Below are positions 41,201 through 51,641 of a DNA stretch of 64,000 bases, piece by piece. Numbering within the stretch: the first letter of the stretch is position 1; the number at the start of each line of letters is the position of its first letter. The notes beneath the pieces were generated by a model, which had not been told where the DNA came from, searched no databases, and worked only from the letters and a program-made list of their open reading frames with translations. The stretch lies in NCBI GenBank assembly GCA_965235115.1, contig OZ249436.1, positions 44,208,001 through 44,272,000 of the forward strand, given 5' to 3'. The DNA is from Laetmonice hystrix. Taxonomy: Eukaryota. Both the position numbers and the translations under genes were made by a program.

Positions 41201-43767
41201 TTTTATAGATATATCCTTACCTCCGCTTCTCCTTTTCTTCTAGAAAGTAAGGAAATTAAAAGTAAGGAGTCTTTACTTATTGAACGATTAGGTCTATTCT
41301 GTAAATGCAGTTCTATAACAATAGCTCCAACCTCATTGGGGCTGGCAAAAAACCTGCTAAAGTCATTGACCTCGTTTTCAGGTTCCCGGAAGTGATGGTG
41401 GAAGGTGCGCACGACTACTGCGCCTGCGCGATCCTTACGGACGTTTTGAGTGGACGGGAGCGTGGAGCGATGGGTATGTATAGGGGGCGGCCCGGGTGGC
41501 GGTACGATCATGATGGCAATACCAATATCCCCACAATCCAAACTTGAATATTAACCTACTTCATATAAATACCGGCTACAGTGCAGGGAAGCAGAAAGAG
41601 CTATCAGGATTCGAGAACGCGGCTGAGTAGCTATCGGCTGAGATTGTTTTACAGAGTGTCCTGCAGAGACTGGCCCCAGGTTCATCAGGCTGACATCTGA
41701 TTTTTACAGATCGGTAGAATGGAAGTCCGTTACTCAAAATGTCAAAGAGAAACTCGGACTGATAGTGGAGGTTAACGGCGAATTCTGGTAAGACATTGGC
41801 CAGGTCAACAGATATCGGCTAACGTGAAACGATTAATATTGGACTGAAGCCGCTTTCTCATGCATACGGTTTGCGGCGTGCGGCGTGCGTTTTTGCAGAA
41901 ATGGAACAACTGAAAATAAATATAACCGTTCACATTCCACCGGTTTGCGGTGTGCGGCGATTTACATTAGCTACATTATTAACAAAAACGCACGCCGGAT
42001 GCCGCATACCGTATGTATGTGAAAGTGGCTTAAGGTTGCTATAGTACTGTTTCTCAAAATGAGGACAGATGGGGGTGTACTAGTATATTCCTATTATCAT
42101 CAAAATCATAATCTGATAGCACTAAAAGGTTTTTAATAAAAAATGAAAAATTTTAATAAATATAATATAATATAATATAAGATATAGATAACCCTCGCGC
42201 TTAAAATGAACTGGCTAAATATAGCGACCGTGCTACATATAGAAGTCTAGTTCTGTTTACTCATAATGTACAAAAACATGTCCTTTAATTGCAGGATGCC
42301 ATTTGAGGAATGGCGGAGACTGTTCAGCGAACTCCAAGTCTGTTATGTTACTCCTCAAACGTGTCCCAAAGACTGCGTGAGTCCCTTATGATGACCCCAA
42401 CAGCTGAAATCAAACCTCAGGCCACGCATCAAACTCAGTTTACAAACTCAGTTTACAAACTTCTCTCGATGAGTTGAAGATATCTTAATCAATTATGACC
42501 CGTTATTTTGATTTCAAAAACACCTTATTTTCTCGATATTTTTCAATATTTTTCTAAAATATAACATGACCGTTCTTGCCTTCTTTCTACTTGGTGCAGT
42601 ATAATCGTAACTTAATCCCCCACTTACCTGTCCTATCCCCCACTTACCTGTCCTATCCCCCACTTACCTGTCCTATCCCCCACTTACCTGTCCTATTCCC
42701 CACTTACCTGTCCTATCCCCCACTTACCTGTCCTATTCCCTAGCGCATAAAATGTAAAATTTAACAAACATGTCCTATTCAAAATGTGACAGATGCACGA
42801 TCTGGTTTTGATAGGACTGTTTTTGTTACTTGGGGAACAGGACAGGTATAAAGTGGGAGATTAAGTAATTTGTCTCCACTTTAGGACAAGTCAGAGTGGT
42901 GCGTCCACAGTTGCCGCGGTGCCTGGGAACGAGGCCGGACAGCTGGTGGGTGTGGGAACTACCCGCATCAAGGTGATTGTACAGGGTGTAGCAGAACCTA
43001 GACCAGAGATCGATGAGCCGTTCGCTTTATGTATGTATTCAGTATAGATCTAAGGCCTTATCTAACCTAACAACCCATGGCTGCAGCTCCCAGTCCGCCT
43101 AATTGAAATGAGGGATACTCGCTGGTTGCTTTAAATACCCGTTCTGCAGAGGTCGAACGCCAGTATTATTTACTCAAACTCAAATTACAGATAAATACTG
43201 GATGAACCCGCGATATTACGTGGCTCTGGGAGACGGTGGTGAGCACAGCGACCACCAGGGGGACAAGACCATGGTCGTCTCTCTCCTCCAGAGGGCGGGT
43301 CGATCGGCCGAGCCAATCCCGCGGTCACTGAAATATGTTGGTTATGACATCTTCAAGGTAAAACATAATTATAGTGTTCGTTCTCTCCTTTCCTTTTAAT
43401 AGTCTGCCCAAGAGATTATAATATATCCAGTATATATTGAAATACTGGGTTTCAATCTTCCATGTCCGTTTGTTATGAGTTCTGATTTGAATATTCTGGT
43501 TCCTAGATCAAACAAAGACCAGATGAAACAAGACACACCACGCATCAATTCTCGTCTGATCCCGATAACTTCTCGCTCGTGTCACGTGAGACGTTCTCTC
43601 AGTACGTGTACCGTGAATTGTGTCGTCACCACCAGTTGGAGTCTGGCCATTACTGCATCATACCTTACACGTACCGGCCCAATGACGCGGCCGAATTCTA
43701 TCTACGTATCATAACAGCAGCCGAAGGGCATCTGATTACTGAGTCTGAAGGTCACAGCGAGAAATAG
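35221..43767 (+). CDS. Calpain family cysteine protease (CysPc + C2L/CBSW, no PEF), ~504 aa; exons 35221..35391, 37058..37130, 37871..37972, 39621..39780, 40486..40654, 41097..41168, 41382..41473, 41710..41787, 42295..42376, 42885..42972, 43191..43357, 43507..43767
   Basis: Motifs [120 protein letters not shown]...EFYLRI; all introns GT-AG and phase-consistent (1515 nt total). Confidence 0.93.
36029..36276. mobile_element. MITE with 31-bp perfect TIR and TTTA flanks in calpain intron 1
   Basis: ttta|ctgccgtgaaatgacaaaaggaagcaagtcc ... ggacttgcttccttttgtcatttcacggcag|ttta. Confidence 0.8.
37409..37712 (-). mobile_element. Partial inverted copy of the MITE family at 45175-45568
   Basis: Same TIR gggtgtgcaagtgggtcaagagaaaacatgagaaaac and inverted internal homology. 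Confidence 0.75.
38078..38614 (+). mobile_element. Short 5'-truncated copy of the LINE at 12433-14914, in calpain intron 3
   Basis: Almost identical to 14382-14914 ([11 protein letters not shown]...FYNMV*, 3'UTR, poly(A)). Confidence 0.95.
39153..39488. mobile_element. Two adjacent small MITEs (39153-39269 and 39270-39488)
   Basis: TIRs gggccttgtccactg/cagtggacaaggccc and agccctgaac/gttcagggct; internal tcgcaagscttgc repeats. Confidence 0.65.
41848..42030. mobile_element. Harbinger-like MITE in calpain intron 8
   Basis: agccgctttctcatgcatacgg ... ccgtatgtatgtgaaagtggct|taa. Confidence 0.6.
42617..42740. repeat. 20-bp tandem repeat (ccccacttacctgtcctatc)n
   Basis: About 6 units. Confidence 0.9.
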
Positions 43768-45174
43768 GTCACTGTATGTGTGAAATCCTCAAATAGGCAC
43801 AAATGGGGCACGTAGGTGTAATGACAGACAATTAAGGACGCATGCCCATATGTAACGTTACACCGAATTCGATCGTTTCTGTTCGGCCATTCATTAAAGC
43901 GCTTGTGCAGAATCGTTTTTCTGATGTAATAAAATTCAGATCCTATTCCTAACAATGTTGGCGTTGGAATTTTAAAAATTCATTGCACTATTTCTGAGAT
44001 ATTGCGAAAAATAGCACTGATATTCCATAGCAACAGGCCCCTAGATACGGGTCGCTATTAATCGGCTCTTTTCGGGAAACTTCGGCATATATTTGAATGG
44101 CCAAAGGACAAGGAAAGAACACACTGTGATAGTGTGGACGAAGTGTGCTGTGTGCACGACATGATTTTACAAAGGATTGCTTTGACAACAGGCACTGGGC
44201 AGTGTACAACCAACTTACAACTACTGAACTACTAGATCTAGACTAGTCTACTTACAGTCAAGACTCAAGCCAAGGTCAGTTTTACTAGACTGATTAGCCT
44301 AGGTAGATCAAAACTATACATTACTTAGGATCCTGTTTTTTTGTCTAGGCCCTAGATCTTATTCTAGACTCTACTCTAGATCGACTGCTGATTCTATCAG
44401 CTTCCCCGGCAAGCGCTGAGGCCTGAGTGGACAGGCTCACCGCAACAGGTTGTGGGCGGCGGACCGCATCCAGACAGTGCCCAGCACATCAGGAATCGCT
44501 CGCCGCTCGCCAGAGCCTAGCCCTAGCCTGGGGGAATATCGATTCTTTACTGTCCAATTTAGCAAACCATCTGCAAGATCTTGTAAATAGATCTATTTGT
44601 TTTCTGTTTATAAATAATAATATTATACTGCAAGACAATGTAACATTGAGCTGGGGATCAAAGAAAACCAGCGGTGCCGATGAACGCCAGCTGGAGGCAG
44701 GGTAATTTTTTATTTAATTTAAAAAAAGAGATAAGGCTCTAAAATAGCCTAAATTACCTAAGCTTGGGGGTTTGTCACGTTTGAGCTTTGCCTCTCCTGT
44801 ACCCCTACTGTAGGCCTACCCCCAACCTGATCCTCTGTTTAACCACTTTGCTGGCAATGCAAATTCTGGTACATTTGATTTCCAGGTTATGTTGAAGATT
44901 GTCTTCAAACAGTCCTGCCCCTCATTGACAAGCCTCAAAAACGTGTTTGTACACTGGCTGCTGCAACCTGACAAATGGACAGTCATCAGGGAGAAGAGAT
45001 CACGTTTTGCCAAGCCCAAGGACTTTACTTCTCACATTCAGTGTAAATAAATTAAGGGGTTGACAAGTGTTTTATGTGAATTTGGCGTAGTCTAATCGAA
45101 TTTTGGAAATCGGAAGTGATGTTCCAGTCACGTGTTGGGAAGCCAGGTGTCGTTTCAGTTCAAGACGTGCTATA

Positions 45175-45568
45175 GGGTGTGCAAGTGGGTCAAGAGAAAA
45201 CATGAGAAAACCCGAGAACGGCCTCGAAACGCGTCACGTTGGTCCCTAAACGATTGTTACGTCACAATTTCTCCATTGGTTTAACATGGAATGAGAAAAC
45301 ACACTTTCAAACATCGACCAGATTTTTGTCAGTTTTGACATCTAAGACATGAAATGTATTCTTTCATACGTAAAAGAGGTTGGTGCTCTTGTTTTGTAAG
45401 TTACAAGAATGAAAGCGCCCTAATTATGAAATAATAATATTTAAAAGTTGAGAGTTGCCGGCTAGTATGGGAGTCGCAATGCTAAAGCGACGAGGTTACG
45501 ACACGTTAGGACCAAAGCCGGCTGTTCTTGGGTTTTCTCATGTTTTCTCTTGACCCACTTGCACACCC
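45175..45568. mobile_element. MITE with ~40-bp TIR and TA flanks
   Basis: TA|gggtgtgcaagtgggtcaagagaaaacatgagaaaaccc ... gggttttctcatgttttctcttgacccacttgcacaccc|TA. Confidence 0.85.
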
Positions 45569-46718
45569 TATTGTTCCTGTTTGGACGAGGGTACTGAAAT
45601 CCTGTGTGTGTGACACCGACAGTGTCTGTTGGAAATGCTTCCTAATATTAAGCTAGTAATAAGTGAAACATGATGGGTGGCCCCCAACACCACCTGACAA
45701 ACAGTCTGTAAGCCGTATAATGATACCTTCTGCAAAAAAGACGAAATATGGAAAAGGTTGTACATAAAGGTTCATAATAATTTAGGACTACAAAGGAAGG
45801 CATAATAAAAAAAGAAGAAGCAAAGTGTAGCCTATACATTGTCGCTATGGTCTCTTTTCTTTCACATTCCAGGTTTAAATAGTGTAAAAGAAATAGTTGT
45901 TAACCTTCAAATACGGTACATTGAAACCAAATATTCTTGGAAAAAGGTATTTCTAACAATTTGGTTATCTTGTATAGACGGGACAGTGTACTATAGAAAC
46001 TATTGCACTGATGACAGTTAAAAAGAGCTATATAATACTAGTATATTCCTATCAAACACTGCAAAACATAAACTCAACTCAAAAGGAACAACCAGTATAA
46101 TAAAATTGATTTTTGTAATTCTTGTAAATGGCCTGTTGTAAAATGTTCTGTGAAATATACCGTGTATGGTGCTATCAAAACTATTGTGCCATAAATAATG
46201 CCTGTCCTAGGCCCACATAACCAGGTTTTTAGGCCTAAAAAATGTCAAGAAAGTTGTCTAAAACCGAACATCACATTGTAAGAATTAGAAATTGAGCAGT
46301 GTTCATAAATAAATAAAATTCTGATGATACGGGCACGTGGCCTATAAAGTATAATTAATCAGCATATGGACGTGGCATAGAGTTAGCTATAAATGTGCTA
46401 AAACTCATCAATTGTAGTTGTAGAACCTACACATCAAGGCAAACTGGCCTAAATCCAGAATGGAGTGTAATACATGATGGTAGGGCTACACTTCCTTTCC
46501 CCAACTCATCTAACTTCGCATCAGTTTTGAGGATGCAGGGACTGATCCTGGTACGTGTACTGGGGGGGGGGGGGGTTGTCATTTGTACTTGATGTTGTAA
46601 GTATTATCTGTGTCAATTTGTGTATGATGGGGTGAATCAGCAATGTGTATGTATAAATGAAAAATAAAAAAATATTTTAAACAAATAATATTTTTGAAAC
46701 TCCTTTAAAGGGGGGGCA

Positions 46719-47007
46719 GGAAAAAGCCATTCTGTGTCAGAATCGGATTTCTTCAAGTTCTTGCTTTCCGTGCCTTCCACCATTGCTACGCCTACGTCCC
46801 CCTAGGAAGTGTTCTGACTATGACGTCACGGGTCATTCAGAGGCTACTTCCGGTAGCAATCGCAAGGTGTTGCAGCTAATATTCGTTTTTTCATTAATTA
46901 TGAGAATTACGTGCTGCTGATTACACCAATTAGTAAAGGATATTATTATGATGATGGTTTACGTTGGAAAAGGTAAATAAACCAGCCTTTGAGACTTTGC
47001 ACAAGCG
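46719..47007 (+). repeat. Dispersed repeat; second copy at 49494-49774 directly precedes the full-length LINE
   Basis: ggaaaaagccattctgtgtcagaatcgga...gagactttgcacaagcg shared by both copies. Confidence 0.85.
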
Positions 47008-47349
47008 CTTTAAGACCGTTTGTTATCTTATATTGAGGATATCTTTCCGCGATTTTTTCTTGTAATTTGTGCCAAGGTAAATTCCATCCTAGAAGGACAC
47101 TTTTTTTTATTTGTAGGCCTTTATCTGACTGGTCCATTCATAGCCCAATCAGGAATCTTTTATAACCAGTTAGGCAGATACCCTCCGTCATTTCACCCTG
47201 GTAAATCTTCAGTTTTGGAATCGTTTAGTTACTTTTAGTTTAAACCATTATCATACATGTTATACAGTAAAATGTGGAGGACATGACATGTATTAGTAAG
47301 CCTACTTGAACGAATGGGTTGAGCAGGTAGACCCATTGTATGAGATTGG

Positions 47350-47548
47350 TGTCCTCGGGGGGGGGGGCACTGTCCTGGGGGGGCACTGTCCTCGGGGGGG
47401 GGGCACTGTCCTCGGGGGGGGGGGCACTGTCCTCGGGGGAGGGGGCACTGTCCTCGGGGGAGGGGGCACTGTCCTCGGGGGAGACTGTCCTCGGGGGGGA
47501 GCACTGTCCTCGGGGGAGGGGGCACTGTCCTCGGGGGGGGGGGGGCAC
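47350..47548. repeat. G-rich ~21-bp minisatellite (gggggggcactgtcctc)n
   Basis: Directly visible. Confidence 0.9.
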
Positions 47549-48507
47549 AGGTGACATCAAGAATATTCAAGGCCGGCTCTATCAACATGAGGGCCGCACG
47601 GACGGGGTTGCTCCCTGCAGGCTGCCCCCCCCCCCCCCACACACACACACTGACAATCAATAATCAGAGCAGGCCCTGTCCTGTAAACTCTAACTTTCCT
47701 CATAATATATAGCTGTGGTAAAAAGTAGACGCGACCCCACATTGCCACCGGCTGTGTAGCCTCATCAGCTGGGACCATCTGGTGACGTCATATGGAAACG
47801 GAGGAGCGGAGAATCCTTCCGGATCTTTGGCGACTCTCCCAATTATGTATTAGGGGAACATAGGCCCCTCAGGGTTCCAACAGGGATGCACACGTGTGCC
47901 GCGAAATCGATTTCTTTTAAAACGTTGCATGAGTCGGAGCACCTGCCTTTATGTGGCGATGGATCTAAGCAGTTGGACATAGCCTGAAGCTTCCTTATCT
48001 GTCAAGGCGAACTTTAGGCCCGGTGTAAACGTTCTAAATGACCCCCCCCCCACCCCACCCCCACCCACCTAAAGTACCCCCGGTCATTTGGACCTTTGGT
48101 TCAGGTAGGTATTGAATTTTTTGTACGAGAACCCCCGCCCATGAATATATAGGCGCACGACAATTTCCATGGTTTTACTACCAAAAAATTATAGGTTTTA
48201 ACATTTTCGTCGGTCGGCAAAACAGAGGCGTAGGAAGCTATTCACAATTGGGGGGGGGGGGCAAGTTTGTCAGTATTAGTGTGTGCATATATATGATTTT
48301 CTTTCCACAATTTTAAATTTTATTACTTTGGAAAAAAAGGTATGAAAATGTACATAATATTAATTGGCCCACAACCTTAATATTGGGGGGGGGGGGCAAA
48401 ACATACTCTGGCCCCCAACTTTTTCATTGGGGGGGGGGGCATGCCCCCCCCCCCTTTTCCTACGCCACTGCAAAAGCTAGGGGGCACCCACCCACGCCGC
48501 CCACTAC

Positions 48508-49036
48508 TCAGGCTCTACTCGCAAGAAGTTTCGGAAACTTTTCATGAGCCAGCTCGGGAATAAGGTGCTCATAAAGACCAAAACCTGGCCTTCTGAGCAG
48601 CCAATACCGGACCCAGAAGCGCTCTATCCAGCGTGTCCGTGCCCTCTGCAAACGACGCCGCAGTAGGATAGCGGTGGATGTGGAAATAAGGAGTGTTGGC
48701 AAGTCAGCCTGAAACAAGTGAAAGTTGGCGCCAATAAAAGGTGAAAGTTGGCGCCAATTCGCACGCGCCACTTCCGATCAACCGTAGTAGATACGTAGTA
48801 GATACGTAGTAGGCTAGTGCGTATTAAAAAGTATTTAAACGCAGCTAATCGTACCCTACCGTAGTAATTCGTACTAAACCGTAGTAGTTGGTCCGTAGTA
48901 GAACCTTAGAACGACCGTACTACATCGTAGTAGCACCGTAGTATAAACGTAGTATATCGTACCATGGCACATCGTAGTAAAAACCGTAGTGGACCATTAC
49001 CGTAGTAGTCGTAGTAGCGCCGTAGCTCTAGTGTGA
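48508..49036 (-). mobile_element. Harbinger/PIF transposon remnant: terminus with ccgtagtag subterminal repeats plus degenerate transposase N-terminus
   Basis: Minus ORF ...RRRLQRARTRWIERFWVRYWLLRRPGFGLYEHLIPELAHE resembles the RRxWVRPWxxRR..G.Y..L..EL start of Harbinger transposases; ends in ctagtgtga like the MITE at 19576-20240; a palindromic MITE abuts it at 49034-49138. Confidence 0.55.
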
Positions 49037-49919
49037 TCCACAGACCGATTTACGGCCGATTTTGAGATACGGCCGATTTTTCTCAATAGTTTTCCTATGG
49101 AGAAAAATCGGCCGTAAATTGGTCTGTGGATCAGGGCCTTATGTTGACATGCCTACCGGGACCATCGCTCGGTAGGCTAGTTCGGTCTGTTCGGCAAGGG
49201 CCCAAGCCCAGCACTGCACAGGGCCGTGCCCGGGGGAGGCCCCCCCCCCCCCCAGGTGCCAAAAAATTCTCTCCTTTTTACGGTTTTTAGGTCCTAACTA
49301 ATACTTGGATCCGTCCACTGTAACCCCCTACCCCGCACCAATCGCTAGCCACATCCATGGCCCCTGCCCAGCCTCCCTCGTCGTCACTCACTGTCACTGC
49401 CTCACTGTCTGATGCTAGCGGCTCATGCATATAAATTGAATAATGTATGGGCCTACAACAGAATCTTCCACGGCATCCCCCTTATCTTTTTCTGGAAAAA
49501 GCCATTCTGTGTCAGAATCGGACTTCTTCAAGTTCTTGCTTTCCGTGCCTTCCACCATTGCTACGCCTACGTCCCCCTAGGAAGTGTTCTGACTATGACG
49601 TCAAGGGTCATTTAGAGGCTATCCCAAGGTGTTGCAGCTAATATTCGTTTTTCATTAATTATGAGAATTACGTGCTGCTAATTACATCAATTACTAAAGG
49701 ATATTATTAGGATGATGGTTTACGTTGGAAAAGGTAAATAAACCAGCCTATACAGTGGAGACTTTGCACAAGCGAAAAAAAAAAAGAATGCGCACGCGCG
49801 AAGGGTGAGTAGTACGCTCGAGCTGGTGAGGCAATAACACGGGAAATCCTAAAACTGAAAGAAGGACCACAAATTCTGGATGGTGCATATGTCGAGTAAA
49901 CTAACCGTGAACACTTAGT

Positions 49920-51332
49920 ATGCCTCCTAAAGTGGATGTAATCACCAAGCGAACTACAAGAAGCAACTATAATTCCACGGCGCCTGCACAACCATTGCCT
50001 GAGCACAACATGGCCACCGCGTCCCTGGCAACGGCTACTACAGAGGACCCGACGCTAGGGACCGAAAGCAACAAAGACTCTGAAGTACAAATAACTACAA
50101 AGGCGCCGACCCAGGTGACCGCCAAAGGAAATGTAGACCTCCAATCGTACCTTGGGACACAATTCGAAAAGATCCAGCTACAACTAGATGGGATCAATAC
50201 AAGAAATGAAAAAAACAAACAAGAAATAATAGAGTCCCTGGACTTCAACGGCTCCGAAATTAAAAAGCTAAACGACAAAATTGAGCTACAAGACAATACT
50301 ATCGCTGACCTCAAATTACAACTGTCTCAAACACGACAACTAACCAGCAGACAAGCTAAGCGTATTTCGGAGCTCGAGGCCGCCAACGACCAAGCAGAAG
50401 CATACACTAGGCGGAGTAATCTAATATTCGAGGGCATCAAGGAACACGACAATGAAGATGTACATGCTATGACTGTAAATATTATGACTAATGTTCTCAA
50501 GCTACAAATGGATCCTTTCCTGGAAATTGACAAGGTGCACCGCTATGGCAGATCATTCCAAGGTAAACCACGACCTATTATTGTCAAATTTCTGAAACAC
50601 TCGACTAGAGACAAAGTCTTGTTGGCTGCCAAAAAACTAAAACACTATGACGAGAATATCTACATTAATGAGGACTTGCCCCCCAAGATAAAAAGCCAGC
50701 GTGCTGAATTACGATCAGTTGTCCACCATACGCGCTCACTAGGAATTGAGGCTTGGCAATCAGGCGACCGTATTACCATAGATGGCAAGAAGTACAACCA
50801 TACCACACTACATACCCTGCCCCGCGAACACTCGCTTGAAGCTGCCTGCACAAAACCAGTAGGGACAAACACTGTAGGTTTCCACAGTCGCTTTTCTCCC
50901 TTCAGCAACTTCTTTCCCTGTTCTTTTGTCTATGACAATAAAACCTACTCTTCTGGGGAGCAAGCATATCAAGCTAAAAAAGCCAATGTCTCTGGCCGCG
51001 ATGACGTTGCTCAAAAAATCATGTGTGAAGAGGAATGCTACAGTATTAAGAGAATAGGTGACTCTATAAAACCCCCCCGAGGTTCCGATTGGTATGCTGA
51101 TAGAGACGGCGTTATGGAAAGCATACTTATTGCAAAATTCGCACAAAATTACGATCTCCGAGAAAAGCTCCTAGCAACAGGTAACAATGCTCTAGTGGAA
51201 GCTACCCGTGACCAGTATTGGGGGGCTGGGGCAAAGCTCAATGATCCAAAACTAAAGAACAATACCTGGACTGGAAAGAACAGACTAGGCGCACTGCTTG
51301 TGAAAGTAAGAGCAAAACTTGCACCCACGTAA
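49920..51332 (+). CDS. LINE ORF1p: coiled coil + L1-type RRM/CTD fused to a C-terminal NADAR (YbiA/DUF1768-like) domain
   Basis: EAYTRRSNLIFEGIKE...IDKVHRYG...PRPIIVKF...IYINEDL (ORF1 RRM signature), then FSNF...YSSGEQAYQAKKA...W...MESILIAKFAQN..LREKLLATG...LVEATRDQYWG...GKNRLGALLVKVR (NADAR signature). Confidence 0.9.
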   Translation: MPPKVDVITKRTTRSNYNSTAPAQPLPEHNMATASLATATTEDPTLGTESNKDSEVQITTKAPTQVTAKGNVDLQSYLGTQFEKIQLQLDGINTRNEKNKQEIIESLDFNGSEIKKLNDKIELQDNTIADLKLQLSQTRQLTSRQAKRISELEAANDQAEAYTRRSNLIFEGIKEHDNEDVHAMTVNIMTNVLKLQMDPFLEIDKVHRYGRSFQGKPRPIIVKFLKHSTRDKVLLAAKKLKHYDENIYINEDLPPKIKSQRAELRSVVHHTRSLGIEAWQSGDRITIDGKKYNHTTLHTLPREHSLEAACTKPVGTNTVGFHSRFSPFSNFFPCSFVYDNKTYSSGEQAYQAKKANVSGRDDVAQKIMCEEECYSIKRIGDSIKPPRGSDWYADRDGVMESILIAKFAQNYDLREKLLATGNNALVEATRDQYWGAGAKLNDPKLKNNTWTGKNRLGALLVKVRAKLAPT

Positions 51333-51641
51333 GCCAAAGGGGTCAACACTGTTTGGTCCTGCACTCAGAAATGTCGCCCACCACCCCGACCTAGTCCTGA
51401 CTGCTTATTACATCACTCGTCTTCGCCGCACGAGTTAACCCTCCCTGTTTGTGTGTCATGTTTACACTCTCTGTGTTTGTCACCTAAGATGTTATGTCAT
51501 GTTACCTCAAACAATGTTATGTTGTGTAATGTCACGTCATGTGTTGTAACGGTTTGCTTCTTGTTTCCTACTGATAAGTATGGCTGTAAATGCTACCAAA
51601 GTACGCAATGTTATAATGGTATATTGTGAAATCCCAACAAG

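Noticed and set aside
42617..42740. Repeat containing a perfect donor consensus (ACAG|GTAAGT)
   Set aside because: Antisense to the calpain gene and no minus-strand exon is evident.
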